Of a stretch of DNA of 34,896 nt, positions 1 to 9,825 are shown piece after piece. This DNA is from Candidatus Latescibacterota bacterium (GTDB lineage Bacteria > Latescibacterota > UBA2968). Under the pieces are notes generated by a model that was not told where the DNA came from, made no database searches, and was given only the letters and a program-made list of their open reading frames with translations. The translations under genes were made by a program, and so were the position numbers. The stretch covers positions 1 to 34,896 of the forward strand of contig JAYODI010000007.1 in NCBI GenBank assembly GCA_038279365.1, read 5' to 3'. The first letter of the stretch is position 1. The number at the start of each line of letters is the position of its first letter.

Positions 1-70
1 AGACGAATAGACGCACAGCCGCAGGCTACAACGAGCGTAGCGAGTAATAGACGAATAGACGACAAACCTT

Positions 71-142
71 GATTCGCAGATTCGCTGATTCGCAGATTCG
101 TTGATTCGCAGATTCGTTGATTCGCAGATTCGCAAATTCGCT
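71..142. repeat. 8-bp tandem repeat, 9 units of consensus GATTCGCA (variants GATTCGCT, GATTCGTT, AATTCGCT)
   Basis: Read directly: units start at 71, 79, 87, 95, 103, 111, 119, 127 and 135. A second octamer, AATAGACG, occurs at 1-13 (partial plus one unit) and 46-61 (two units). Confidence 0.9.
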
Positions 143-146
143 CATT

Positions 147-2069
147 CTACCCTTCTTCAGGATTTAACAACGTCGTCATGTGCATCGCCTGAAACAACGC
201 GGCGGCCTCGGCCTGAATACGCAACGACCCCCGCTTGGGCATCAGCGTGGTTTCACCCAACATCGGCGGACAAATCACAGCTTCAACAGTGCCCGCATTG
301 ATATCCACATTCCCCTTTGGGCAACGCCGCCACAAACTGTGTGACCCGCGAAATGCAACGGGAATAATTACCACATCTTGTGGCAACTTGGCAAACAAAG
401 CATACTGCAATGGAAACAACTGAATGTCAAACGACGCTGTAGTGCCCATAGGATAAATCAACCCAGGTCGTTCAAACATAGCCTCCAACATACGCGGCGT
501 TGAATGTCCCGCGCCATCCAAGCTCTCACGCGTCACATTGCCATCCAACTCTTCAAACATACGGTCATATTCATCGGGGGTCACACCAAACACCGTCATC
601 TCCCGTGACCCAATTTTAAAACTTGTCGATTTAGACAATCCTCTACGTGCCAAAATAACAAAAGGCACAGGTTTTTCCCAACCAATGGCCTCCAACAATT
701 GAGGCGATTGCCACACGGGAAACGAGATTAAGTGCTCCACCAAACTTTGGTGTGTGGGCAAAAACAAAATCTTGTGCTGCCCATCTCCCAAATTCATCGC
801 TTTTGCAATCGGCGCAAACATTGGGTCAATGGTCACCTTTACATCAATATCCAAACACGCTTTGGTGGCTTCAGACCACGCGCCCCAAAGAGCCCACGCT
901 TTTTCATACCGCTCAGGCACAGGCACATTGGCCCGATCCAATTTTTTGCGCTTATTCCCCAACTGCCAACACAACCGCACCCACTTAAGCAAGCGCCACT
1001 TCTGCTTGAACGACGACACATTGGCCTTTTTACCTACTTGAGGGTAATCAACAAAACGCCCTTTGGCTTGCCCAATCAAAAGGGGGGGCACAGTTAAGCG
1101 ACCCTCAGAAACGGCATTGATCCGATTGACAATACGCACAGACACATCAATCATATCGCGTGTCAAATAACTATACGGTTGCCCATACCAATACAACTTG
1201 GGGCGCAATTTTGTCGGGTCTTCTTGGTGGGCTTGCATAAATTCAATCAACATCGCCCTTAAAACATGCAAGTCTTGTCTTACATCATCCAATCCATTAC
1301 CCAACTCAACCACCGCCACATCACCCTCAACAATCACCTTCCAAATCGACACACCAAACCAACCAAAATTGGTCAAATAATTATACCGTGTAGACAACCA
1401 CCCACCAGCAGCAATCAAATCCAATGTGCGCTGGGCCACATCTTGCAACAACACACGCAAAGTTCCCTCAACAGTTTCACCATCTAAGGTATAGACATAT
1501 ACCTCATCCCAACGTGGGTCATCTGCAACTTCAACCTTGGCCAAGGCTTCGGCCACTGCTTGTGCGTGCGACATTGGCACCTGTGTAATATTCACCTCGG
1601 CCAATGCCGCCTCCACCGCCTGAGGTGCATATAACTCACCCTTAGACAGTGCCTCTAAATAAAACGATTGATACAACTTCAAAAACGCTTGTCCATCGCC
1701 CACACCACGCTGAATAAACTGATCTTTCAATTGCAAATAAATGCGATTGCCCGCGTGATACCGAGGTAACATTTCTGCAAAGGGGGCATAGGCCTCTGCC
1801 AAACGCGCATCGCGAATCGGTGGCAACCCCTGATAAATGGCCCCCACCAACTGTGTGCGAAACCTTAAGGCATCCATACCAACAGACCCCGACACAGCCT
1901 GGCTTTTGGGCCAAACCAACGCATCGGGGTCAATATCATCAAAATATCCGTCGTGTCGCACCGCTTCTAAAAGATGTTGCACAGACGCATCATATAACAT
2001 CAGCATCTGATCGACATCATCCAGCAATGTCACATGCAAGGGCCGATCATCGGATGCTTGTTTTGCCAT
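147..2069 (-). CDS. Protein with a C-terminal PlsC/LPLAT-like glycerolipid acyltransferase domain (divergent motifs) and an unknown helical N-terminal region
   Basis: 640-aa ORF. LFLPTHQSLVEH resembles block I (NHxSxxD), FVILARRGL block II, IYPMGT block III (FPEGT) and VIIPVAFRGSHSLW block IV. Lies directly downstream of the FAR gene. Confidence 0.7.
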   Translation of the reverse strand: MAKQASDDRPLHVTLLDDVDQMLMLYDASVQHLLEAVRHDGYFDDIDPDALVWPKSQAVSGSVGMDALRFRTQLVGAIYQGLPPIRDARLAEAYAPFAEMLPRYHAGNRIYLQLKDQFIQRGVGDGQAFLKLYQSFYLEALSKGELYAPQAVEAALAEVNITQVPMSHAQAVAEALAKVEVADDPRWDEVYVYTLDGETVEGTLRVLLQDVAQRTLDLIAAGGWLSTRYNYLTNFGWFGVSIWKVIVEGDVAVVELGNGLDDVRQDLHVLRAMLIEFMQAHQEDPTKLRPKLYWYGQPYSYLTRDMIDVSVRIVNRINAVSEGRLTVPPLLIGQAKGRFVDYPQVGKKANVSSFKQKWRLLKWVRLCWQLGNKRKKLDRANVPVPERYEKAWALWGAWSEATKACLDIDVKVTIDPMFAPIAKAMNLGDGQHKILFLPTHQSLVEHLISFPVWQSPQLLEAIGWEKPVPFVILARRGLSKSTSFKIGSREMTVFGVTPDEYDRMFEELDGNVTRESLDGAGHSTPRMLEAMFERPGLIYPMGTTASFDIQLFPLQYALFAKLPQDVVIIPVAFRGSHSLWRRCPKGNVDINAGTVEAVICPPMLGETTLMPKRGSLRIQAEAAALFQAMHMTTLLNPEEG

Positions 2070-2139
2070 AAAAACACCTACGTTTCATGGTTTTTGTCAC
2101 AACGCAAAGTAAAAAACACCCATCATTTCTGTTACAAAA

Positions 2140-3744
2140 TTATTCGCCAGATTTCAACACATGTCGCTTTAGGCCTGGCACATGAATATCTTGAATATAC
2201 GTTGGCCAATCAATCCGCGATACGTCACAATTAAAAATTTCACGATCTTCGGCATCCATGCTCTCAAAAAGCGATTGCATATGGTGCGTTTGAAATTCAC
2301 AGGGCAATTGCACATAAGCACTATAAATGTCGCTCAAAGAACGCGCGTTTTCCAACGTGGCATCCAACAAGGACAACTGGCGTTTTTGTTTGCTAAATCG
2401 GCCAACAGGTGTTCTGTCGAAGAACCATTTTAAAGCTTTGACTGGCAATTGATACCGATATTTAAGCTGGCGCTGAAACGTTTCCAAAGTGGGATATTTC
2501 CAGGGTTTGACCAAAATAGGCCGCCCCTTGCGATCAAGCATCGGATTTTTTAAAAAATATTCATAAACCAGATGCACCATGTCGCCCACCTTCATTGGGT
2601 TTTGGTCACCCGTACATACATGATACACCTTCACATCTTTATTGGCCTTGATGGTGGGCAAAACACCAATGATGACATTCACAATAATATCAACAGGAAT
2701 GACATCCAAAACCACATCGGGCCGAGCTGGAAAATCGACCAATCGCCCTTTACCATAATGTGCGATCAATGGATCGGCCACTTTCAGGCCATCTAACCAC
2801 CCCGGCTCAGGGTCAGACAAACTGCTCTCAATCACCGATGGACGCACAATCACCACTGGCAAGTCACCGCGTGTTTTGACAATCATCTGCTCGCCCATTG
2901 CCTTGGTCATGGTATAACTGTCGTGCCACCCCAGTTCACGCCCACGCGCCAGTCCTCGCAAAACCAGCTGTTCGCGTTTCCACCGTTGGCGCAATGCATC
3001 AATTTGATGGTTTCTGCGATGTTCCGTAACCCGCTTACCTTCATCTTGTCGATTAAGCAATTTGTGAAATTGAGCAATACGCGCAGGTTCCAAAGATGCT
3101 TTTTCCACCTCTTCACAATAGGCCTGAATAGACGCAATTTCCCGATCCAAATCAAAATCGGCATTTTGAGCTTTGCCAATGGCTTGTGCGACAGTGCGGT
3201 TGGGCACAGGTGTTTCTTCCAAAATTTTCCCCGTTTGCTGCCCACTCACATAGGCCGTTGAGGCATGAACCAAAACAGCATTTTGACACGCTTTGGCAAA
3301 TTCAACCACCCGCATAGGGCCAAGCGTGTTTTGCGCCAATGCCACATCCAACGGTTCATCAAATACCACCGTTGCCGCACAATTAATCACAATATCCACT
3401 TCGCGTGTCAATTGGGCATACATCTCATCGGCAATGCCCAAACGATCTTGGGTCAAATCACTCGGCACCGCAACCAACTTTTCGCGTGCCAAAACCTCAA
3501 AGCGCTCTCCCAACTTTTGCCGCAAAGAACCAAATGCGTTGGCCTGAATAATTTCGCGTTCTAAGCGCTCTTGCGCTGTAATAATCTTACCAGATGTGCG
3601 ATAACGAGGGCGAATCATCAGATAAATACGCTCAACATCAGGGGCATGCCGCAAAATTTTTTCAACGACCCCTTTGGCCAAAAAACCAGTGGCGCCGGTT
3701 ATAAAAAAAACTTTGCGATTGAGAAATGGAATAATCTGGCTCAT
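2140..3744 (-). CDS. Fatty acyl-CoA/ACP reductase, alcohol-forming (male-sterility/FAR extended SDR family)
   Basis: ITGATGFLAK Rossmann motif, catalytic YTMTK (YxxxK), IVRPSVIES, and C-terminal Sterile-type tail FNCDVSRIDWPTYIQDIHVPGL. ATG at 3744 chosen; an alternative TTG is at 3768. Confidence 0.88.
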   Translation of the reverse strand: MSQIIPFLNRKVFFITGATGFLAKGVVEKILRHAPDVERIYLMIRPRYRTSGKIITAQERLEREIIQANAFGSLRQKLGERFEVLAREKLVAVPSDLTQDRLGIADEMYAQLTREVDIVINCAATVVFDEPLDVALAQNTLGPMRVVEFAKACQNAVLVHASTAYVSGQQTGKILEETPVPNRTVAQAIGKAQNADFDLDREIASIQAYCEEVEKASLEPARIAQFHKLLNRQDEGKRVTEHRRNHQIDALRQRWKREQLVLRGLARGRELGWHDSYTMTKAMGEQMIVKTRGDLPVVIVRPSVIESSLSDPEPGWLDGLKVADPLIAHYGKGRLVDFPARPDVVLDVIPVDIIVNVIIGVLPTIKANKDVKVYHVCTGDQNPMKVGDMVHLVYEYFLKNPMLDRKGRPILVKPWKYPTLETFQRQLKYRYQLPVKALKWFFDRTPVGRFSKQKRQLSLLDATLENARSLSDIYSAYVQLPCEFQTHHMQSLFESMDAEDREIFNCDVSRIDWPTYIQDIHVPGLKRHVLKSGE

Positions 3745-3800
3745 AGAACGCGATAACCCATCAGACAAAAGTTAAAAATAAGTGGTATAAAAGCCGTGTA

Positions 3801-3829
3801 ATTAAACGCCCGGATTGAAATTCTGTCAA
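3801..3829 (-). promoter_or_regulatory. Sigma70-type promoter for the FAR/acyltransferase unit
   Basis: Minus strand TTGACA (3829-3824), 17-nt spacer, TTTAAT (3806-3801). Confidence 0.6.
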
Positions 3830-3878
3830 CCCATTTCTATTGCATCACTTTTCGTGTAAACCCGTTCAAAAAATGAGG

Positions 3879-3907
3879 TTGACAAAAAATAGACGAACGC
3901 CTATCTT
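3879..3907 (+). promoter_or_regulatory. Sigma70-type promoter for the ndk-fab unit
   Basis: TTGACA (3879-3884), 17-nt spacer, TATCTT (3902-3907), about 80 nt upstream of ndk. Confidence 0.65.
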
Positions 3908-3985
3908 CTTCATCTTCAGTCTGATACAGCCTTCTCCAGCAACCTTTTATACGACCAAAATGCGATACAGAAATGGAGCAACATC

Positions 3986-4399
3986 ATGGCACGCACATTA
4001 CTCATTATCAAACCCGACGCCGTAGCCAAAAACGTCATTGGCGCCATCATTCAGCGCCTCGAAGAAAAAGGCTTTGGCATCATTGAACTTCAAAAAATGC
4101 ACCTCACCCGCGCACAAGCAGCCGAATTTTACGCCGTGCATAGCGAGCGCCCTTTTTATCACGAACTTATTGATTTTATGACATCTGGGCCGTGTGTGCC
4201 GATGGTTCTCGAAAGAGAAAATGCCGTTCCATTCTTGCGTGAAACCATTGGCAGCACCAACCCTGCCGAAGCTGCTGAAGGCACCATTCGCAAAGATTTT
4301 GCCACAAATATCCAAAACAACGCTGTTCACGCATCCGACTCTCCCGAAAATGCGGCCAAAGAAATCGCCTTCTTTTTTGGCGAAGGCGCAACGGGCTAA
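3986..4399 (+). CDS. ndk: Nucleoside diphosphate kinase
   Basis: [33 protein letters not shown], and NAVHASDS carrying the phospho-His. GGAG SD upstream. Confidence 0.98.
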   Translation: MARTLLIIKPDAVAKNVIGAIIQRLEEKGFGIIELQKMHLTRAQAAEFYAVHSERPFYHELIDFMTSGPCVPMVLERENAVPFLRETIGSTNPAEAAEGTIRKDFATNIQNNAVHASDSPENAAKEIAFFFGEGATG

Positions 4400-4495
4400 T
4401 AAGATTTTCAAAACGATCTGTTTTCATTCACCAGCAGCAGCCCCATCAAAAACCATTGCAGGTGGTGAAAGACCCATTGCTGAAAGCCAAAACAA

Positions 4496-5017
4496 ATGAA
4501 AATTGATCTTCGCGAGCTTAAAGACGGAGAAAACATCTTCGAATTTGATGAAACACCCGAAGAACTCCACATTCCAGATGGCACATTGCCCATAAAAGGC
4601 ACTATCCACTCGCGATTGGTCATCTATAAAATAGACGAATCCATCACTGCCAAAGGGGCCTCGACGTGCACAGTCTTACCCGAGTGCGCACGTTGTCTGG
4701 AGCCTATTACATTTCCGATAGAGGTGGCTTACACATTTGTTTTTAGAAAAGGCCAGCCTCAATACCAAGACGAAGAAGATGACGAAACCCTCATCTTCTT
4801 AAACGAAGGCCCCGATGAAATTGATTTAGGAAATGAAGTAAAAGATTATATTTTGTTAGAACTGCCCATGATCCCCACCTGTGCAGCAACCCCAAATGGC
4901 CCTTGCGACAAATATGACCAACCACCCATTGAAATATTGGGTGCCAAGCAAGAAGAGCGCCTCGACCCACGGTGGGATGCGCTTCGGGCATTAAACAACC
5001 CAAAAGAACAAAACTGA
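4496..5017 (+). CDS. yceD: YceD/DUF177 family protein (23S rRNA accumulation)
   Basis: CARCLEP motif, ILLELPM, C-terminal DPRWDAL. Canonical position upstream of rpmF. Confidence 0.92.
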   Translation: MKIDLRELKDGENIFEFDETPEELHIPDGTLPIKGTIHSRLVIYKIDESITAKGASTCTVLPECARCLEPITFPIEVAYTFVFRKGQPQYQDEEDDETLIFLNEGPDEIDLGNEVKDYILLELPMIPTCAATPNGPCDKYDQPPIEILGAKQEERLDPRWDALRALNNPKEQN

Positions 5018-5096
5018 CCCTGAACCGTTAAGTTTTGAGAAACTTTTAAAATAAAAACAGAGCAATCAAACGTTAATACCAATAAGGAGATCCCCC

Positions 5097-5282
5097 ATGG
5101 CACATCCAAAACGTCGCAGTTCCAATTCCCGTACAGGCAAACGCCGTACGCACTGGAAATTGAGCCGTCCCAATTCCAACGAATGTCCCAACTGCGGGCA
5201 ATCAAAATTATCTCACCGTGTCTGTGGCAACTGTGGTTATTACAATGGACGAGCCGTCGTTGTAGAAGCAGATGAAATTTAA
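5097..5282 (+). CDS. rpmF: 50S ribosomal protein L32 (Zn-ribbon form)
   Basis: [27 protein letters not shown]...[21 protein letters not shown]. Confidence 0.98.
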   Translation: MAHPKRRSSNSRTGKRRTHWKLSRPNSNECPNCGQSKLSHRVCGNCGYYNGRAVVVEADEI

Positions 5283-5327
5283 TACTTTGGCACGTGAAAC
5301 ACGGTCACATCTTTAACATCGGTGCTT

Positions 5328-6323
5328 ATGCAAAAACCTTTTCAAGCAGCCATCACGGGCATTGCACATTATGTGCCCGAACGTCGTCTGACCAATGCCG
5401 ATCTCGAAAAAATGGTCGACACAACAGACGAATGGATCACATCCCGCACAGGTATTAAAGAACGGCGCATTCTCGATGATGGCCTTGGTACCTCCTATAT
5501 GGGTACAAAGGCTTTACAAACCATTCTCGATCAAAAAGGAATGGATGCCAAAGAAATAGATCTCATTGTGGTGGCCACCATCACGCCCGACATGCTGTTT
5601 CCTGCCACCGCCTGCCTCATTCAAAATCAAATTGGTGCCACAAACGCTTGGGCTTTTGATTTGTCCGCCGCTTGTAGCGGCTTTCTTTACGCCCTCATTG
5701 TGGGGGCCCAATTTATAGAAACCGGAGCCCACAAAAAAGTGGTGGTCATTGGTGCTGACAAAATGAGCAGCATCATGGACTATACCAACCGCAATACCTG
5801 CGTGCTTTTTGGAGATGGCGCAGGTGCAGTGCTTCTCGAACCCGCAGAACCAGGTGTTGGACTACAAGACTTTGTTTTACATGCCGATGGCTCTGGTGTC
5901 GAATATTTGCGCCAACCTGGTGGCGGCAGTTTACACCCTGCCACACACGAAACCATCGACCAAAAGCTACACTACATCTATCAAGATGGCCGCGAAGTGT
6001 TCAAGTTTGCCGTACCCCGTATGGCAGAAGTCGCAGCCCAAGTTCTCGAGCGCAATGGTCTCACAGGCCAAGACATTGCGCTCTTTGTGCCTCACCAAGC
6101 AAACAGACGCATCATAGATGCCTGTATCAAACGCACCGATTTACCCCCAGACCGCGTTGTCATCAATATAGACCGATATGCCAACACATCTGCCGGTACC
6201 ATTCCCATTGGCCTATCAGAAGCCGTTGGGCAAGGGCGCGTCAAACGGGGTGACAAGGTGCTCTTAGCCAGTGCTGGGGCAGGTTATACTTGGGGAAGTG
6301 CCCTAATCACTTGGGCATACTGA
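5328..6323 (+). CDS. fabH: 3-oxoacyl-ACP synthase III
   Basis: DTTDEWITSRTGIKERR; catalytic Cys (AACSGF), His (VPHQAN) and Asn (YANTSA); GAGYTWG. Alternative GTG start at 5322. Confidence 0.97.
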   Translation: MQKPFQAAITGIAHYVPERRLTNADLEKMVDTTDEWITSRTGIKERRILDDGLGTSYMGTKALQTILDQKGMDAKEIDLIVVATITPDMLFPATACLIQNQIGATNAWAFDLSAACSGFLYALIVGAQFIETGAHKKVVVIGADKMSSIMDYTNRNTCVLFGDGAGAVLLEPAEPGVGLQDFVLHADGSGVEYLRQPGGGSLHPATHETIDQKLHYIYQDGREVFKFAVPRMAEVAAQVLERNGLTGQDIALFVPHQANRRIIDACIKRTDLPPDRVVINIDRYANTSAGTIPIGLSEAVGQGRVKRGDKVLLASAGAGYTWGSALITWAY

Positions 6324-6362
6324 TTTTTAAATCATACACCGTTAAAAAAATACATTCAAACT

Positions 6363-7271
6363 ATGTCTATTGCTTTTCTATTTCCAGGCCAAGGTTCACA
6401 ATTTGTGGGCATGGGTCACGACCTCTATCAAACATATCCAGAGGCACGTGCCGTTTTTGATTTGGCCAACAAAGTGCTCGATATCGAAATCAAAACGTTT
6501 TGTTTTGATGGACCAGAAGATTCGCTCAAACAAACGGCCATCACGCAACCTGCTATCTTTACCCACAGTGTGGCCGCCTATGAAGTTATAAAAAAACATA
6601 ACCATCGCCCCACCCTTGTTGCCGGACACAGCGTGGGTGAACTGGCTGCATTGGTTGCCGCAGGCGTAATGTCACTCGAAGACGGCTTTCGCGTAGTATG
6701 CGTGCGCGGGCAAGCCATGCAAACCGCTGGCAAAAAACGCCCAGGTGCCATGGCTGCCATCATTGGCTTAGACGACGATATCATCACCCAATTGTGTCAA
6801 GAAATTGGCAACCAAGTCACCCCCGCCAACTTCAATTGCCCGGGCCAAGTGGTTATTTCAGGTGAAGAACAAGCCGTAAAAAAAGCAATGGAAAAGGCCA
6901 CAGAACAAGGAGCAAAACGCGCTTTGTTATTGCCCGTGAGCGGTGCATTTCACTCTGCGCTGATGCAACCAGCTGTCGAATCATTGGCCAGCATTTTGGA
7001 AGATGTGCCGTTTCAAAAAGCAGCTATCCCCGTTATTCCCAATGTGACCACCGAGCCCACAACCGACCCACAAAAATTAAAAGAATTGCTCATTCAACAA
7101 GTGGTCTCACCCGTCCGTTGGACAGAATCTATGATTACCCTGGGCAATCAGGGCATCACCCAAGCTTACGAAGTCGGCCCAGGCAACGTGCTCAAAGGTC
7201 TTATGCGCCGCATCAATCGCGACTTGCCCGTCACAGAAGCTGGCACTGTAGAGGCCATTCAAAATCTGTAA
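6363..7271 (+). CDS. fabD: Malonyl-CoA:ACP transacylase
   Basis: FPGQGSQ, GHSVGE nucleophile motif, VSGAFHS, SPVRW, EVGPGNVL. Confidence 0.97.
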   Translation: MSIAFLFPGQGSQFVGMGHDLYQTYPEARAVFDLANKVLDIEIKTFCFDGPEDSLKQTAITQPAIFTHSVAAYEVIKKHNHRPTLVAGHSVGELAALVAAGVMSLEDGFRVVCVRGQAMQTAGKKRPGAMAAIIGLDDDIITQLCQEIGNQVTPANFNCPGQVVISGEEQAVKKAMEKATEQGAKRALLLPVSGAFHSALMQPAVESLASILEDVPFQKAAIPVIPNVTTEPTTDPQKLKELLIQQVVSPVRWTESMITLGNQGITQAYEVGPGNVLKGLMRRINRDLPVTEAGTVEAIQNL

Positions 7272-7350
7272 CATTTTAAGTTTTGATATTTTTAAAACAG
7301 TTATGCCTTAAATTTTTCAGCTCACCCATTGCAAACCAAAGACTTTATTT

Positions 7351-8094
7351 ATGCGCCTTAAAGACCAAACAGCCATCGTCACCGGAAGTTCTCGCGGCAT
7401 TGGCGAAGCCATTGCACTTCGCTTGGCCGATGAAGGTGCCAACGTGGCCGTATGTGCCAGCAGAAGCATAGATGGTGCCGAAGCCGTTGCCGCCAAAATT
7501 CGCGCCAAAGGACAAGAAGCCCTTGCCATCAAAGCCGATGTATCACAAACCGAAGACGTTGATGCACTCGTCAAAACAGTGATAGACGCTTGGGGCAAAA
7601 TTGATATCTTGGTCAACAATGCCGGTATTACCCGCGACAACTTAATCATGCGCATGAAAGAAGATGAGTGGGATGCGGTACTGGATGTTAATCTCAAGGG
7701 TGCTTATCGTTGTATTAAGGCCGTGACACGTCCCATGATGAAAGCACGCACAGGTCGCATCATCAATGTGTCTTCGGTTGTCGGTTTGATGGGCAATGCA
7801 GGACAAATCAATTATGCAGCTTCCAAATCGGGCCTTATTGGTGTGACCAAATCTGCTGCCAAAGAATTGGCCTCACGCAACATCACCGTAAATGCCGTTG
7901 CTCCTGGGTTTATTCCAACCGATATGACTGCCGAATTAACAGACGAACTCAAAACCAAACTGATAGAACAAATACCTTTAGGCTCGCTGGGCAAACCAGA
8001 AGACATTGCTGCAGCGGTGGCCTTTCTCGCTTCACCCGATGCAAACTATATCACGGGCCAAGTCATTGTTGTCGATGGTGGCATGGTCATGTAA
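7351..8094 (+). CDS. fabG: 3-oxoacyl-ACP reductase
   Basis: TGSSRGIG, NNAGITRD, YAASK, VAPGFI, VDGGM. FAS II context. Confidence 0.97.
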   Translation: MRLKDQTAIVTGSSRGIGEAIALRLADEGANVAVCASRSIDGAEAVAAKIRAKGQEALAIKADVSQTEDVDALVKTVIDAWGKIDILVNNAGITRDNLIMRMKEDEWDAVLDVNLKGAYRCIKAVTRPMMKARTGRIINVSSVVGLMGNAGQINYAASKSGLIGVTKSAAKELASRNITVNAVAPGFIPTDMTAELTDELKTKLIEQIPLGSLGKPEDIAAAVAFLASPDANYITGQVIVVDGGMVM

Positions 8095-8142
8095 CTCAAC
8101 CCCGTAGATAGATACATTGCTTCTCAAACAAGGAGACATAAC

Positions 8143-8382
8143 ATGGCTGATGAAATTCAACAAAAGGTCATCGATTTAATTGTAGATCAGCTCGGCGTAG
8201 ATGCAGACAGTGTCAAAGAAGAAGCCCATTTCATCGACGATTTGGGTGCCGACTCACTCGATACCGTTGAATTGGTTATGGCATTTGAAGAAGAATTTGA
8301 CATTGAAATACCCGATGAAGATGCCGAAAAACTCGAAACAGTTGGCGATGCCATCAAATATTTGAACGAACATAAAAATTAA
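8143..8382 (+). CDS. acpP: Acyl carrier protein
   Basis: [20 protein letters not shown] phosphopantetheine site. AGGAG SD. Confidence 0.98.
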   Translation: MADEIQQKVIDLIVDQLGVDADSVKEEAHFIDDLGADSLDTVELVMAFEEEFDIEIPDEDAEKLETVGDAIKYLNEHKN

Positions 8383-8396
8383 GATAAAAAATGAAT

Positions 8397-8440
8397 AGAG
8401 AGGAAAAACACATAGTTTTCCTCTCTTTCTCTATCTTTTA
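8397..8440 (+). terminator. Stem-loop after acpP (partial terminator or mRNA stabiliser)
   Basis: 11-bp stem AGAGAGGAAAA (8397-8407) / TTTTCCTCTCT (8416-8426), followed by a T-rich tract. Confidence 0.55.
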
Positions 8441-8480
8441 TTACTTAACTTATTAGGCGTCCCCCAGACATTGAGGGAGA

Positions 8481-9734
8481 TTGATTGTGAATAGAGACCG
8501 CAGAGTTGTGATTACAGGTTTGGGCACATTGGCCCCCAACGGCAATACCACAGAATCCTATTGGCAAGCCTTGTGCAATGGTCAAACAGGGGTCGATCTC
8601 ATTACCAAGTTTGATGCCTCAGATTTTCGGGTAAAATTTGCGGCCGAGGTCAAAAACTTCGATGCAGAAAAATATGGCATAGACAAGCGCAATCAACGAC
8701 GCATGGATCTATTTACCCAATATGCCATCGCCGCATCCGTTATGGCCGCCGAAGACGCGGGTTTAGACATGGATCGCGAAAATGCGGAACGGGTAGGGGT
8801 TGTTTTTGGTTCTGGCATTGGGGGCATCAAAACCTTCGAAGAACAACACGACGCCTATAGAAATGGTGGTTCGCGCCGCATCAGCCCGCTCTTTGTACCC
8901 ATGATGATTGCCGACATGACTGCTGGTCAAGTGTCTATTTCACTCGGTGCCAAAGGCCCCAACTATACCACGGTCACAGCGTGTGCTTCAGCCGCACATG
9001 CCATTGGCAATGCTGCACGTGAAATCTGGGACGACGAAGCCGACATCATGATCACCGGTGGTGCCGAAGCTGCCATTACCGAAATGTCTGTTGGTGGTTT
9101 TGCATCGGCCCGTACCCTTTCAACACGCAATGACGATCCCAAAGCCGCAAGCCGCCCCTTTGATGCCAACCGCGACGGTTTTGTCATTGGCGAAGGCAGT
9201 GGTGCCCTTATCTTAGAAGAGCTTGAACACGCCAAAAAACGTGGTGCACGCATTTATGCAGAAGTAGTAGGTACCGGATATACTGGCGATGCCTACCACA
9301 TTACAGACATGGCACCTGGTGGTGAAGGCGGTGCCAGAGCCATGCGACGCGCACTCAAACAAGCAGCCATCAATCCAGAAGATATTTCATACGTCAATGC
9401 ACACGGCACATCAACACCAGTTGGTGACCCTGGTGAAACAGCGGCCATCAAATCGGTTTTTGGCGACCATGTCAAAAAACTGGCCGTCAGTTCCACCAAG
9501 TCTATGACAGGTCACCTATTAGGTGCATCGGGTGCCATCGAAACCATTGCCGCTACATTGGCAACCTATCACAACATTGTACCGCCCACCATCAACTATG
9601 AAACACCTGACCCAGAATGTGATCTCGACTATGTGCCCAACGTGGCCCGCGAAATGAATGTCGAAATTGCCATTAACAATTCCTTCGGTTTTGGTGGGCA
9701 CAATGCTGTCGTAATCGTAAAAAAATTCAGATAA
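8481..9734 (+). CDS. fabF: 3-oxoacyl-ACP synthase II
   Basis: Cys-His-His triad in TACASA, NAHGTST and GHLLGA; SRPFD; NSFGFGGHN. Start is TTG 8481 or GTG 8487 after a GAGGGA SD. Confidence 0.97.
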   Translation: MIVNRDRRVVITGLGTLAPNGNTTESYWQALCNGQTGVDLITKFDASDFRVKFAAEVKNFDAEKYGIDKRNQRRMDLFTQYAIAASVMAAEDAGLDMDRENAERVGVVFGSGIGGIKTFEEQHDAYRNGGSRRISPLFVPMMIADMTAGQVSISLGAKGPNYTTVTACASAAHAIGNAAREIWDDEADIMITGGAEAAITEMSVGGFASARTLSTRNDDPKAASRPFDANRDGFVIGEGSGALILEELEHAKKRGARIYAEVVGTGYTGDAYHITDMAPGGEGGARAMRRALKQAAINPEDISYVNAHGTSTPVGDPGETAAIKSVFGDHVKKLAVSSTKSMTGHLLGASGAIETIAATLATYHNIVPPTINYETPDPECDLDYVPNVAREMNVEIAINNSFGFGGHNAVVIVKKFR

Positions 9735-9825
9735 TTTTACCTTCCTAAGGTGATTCTGATTCTTTGGAGATTTCGTCATCGGGCTCGGCACACTCTTACG
9801 CACATTCAAACGCTGGACACGCTCA

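Noticed and set aside
71-142. CRISPR array
   Set aside because: The units are 8 bp and contiguous with no unique spacers, and there are no cas genes.
26-301. ORFs running through the octamer repeat (plus 101..301; minus 145..26, MSEFANLRINESANQR...)
   Set aside because: These translations are by-products of the repeat. The plus ORF is also antisense to the acyltransferase gene.
3998-4411. 137-aa antisense ORF over ndk
   Set aside because: Shadow ORF of a well-conserved gene, with no motifs or SD.
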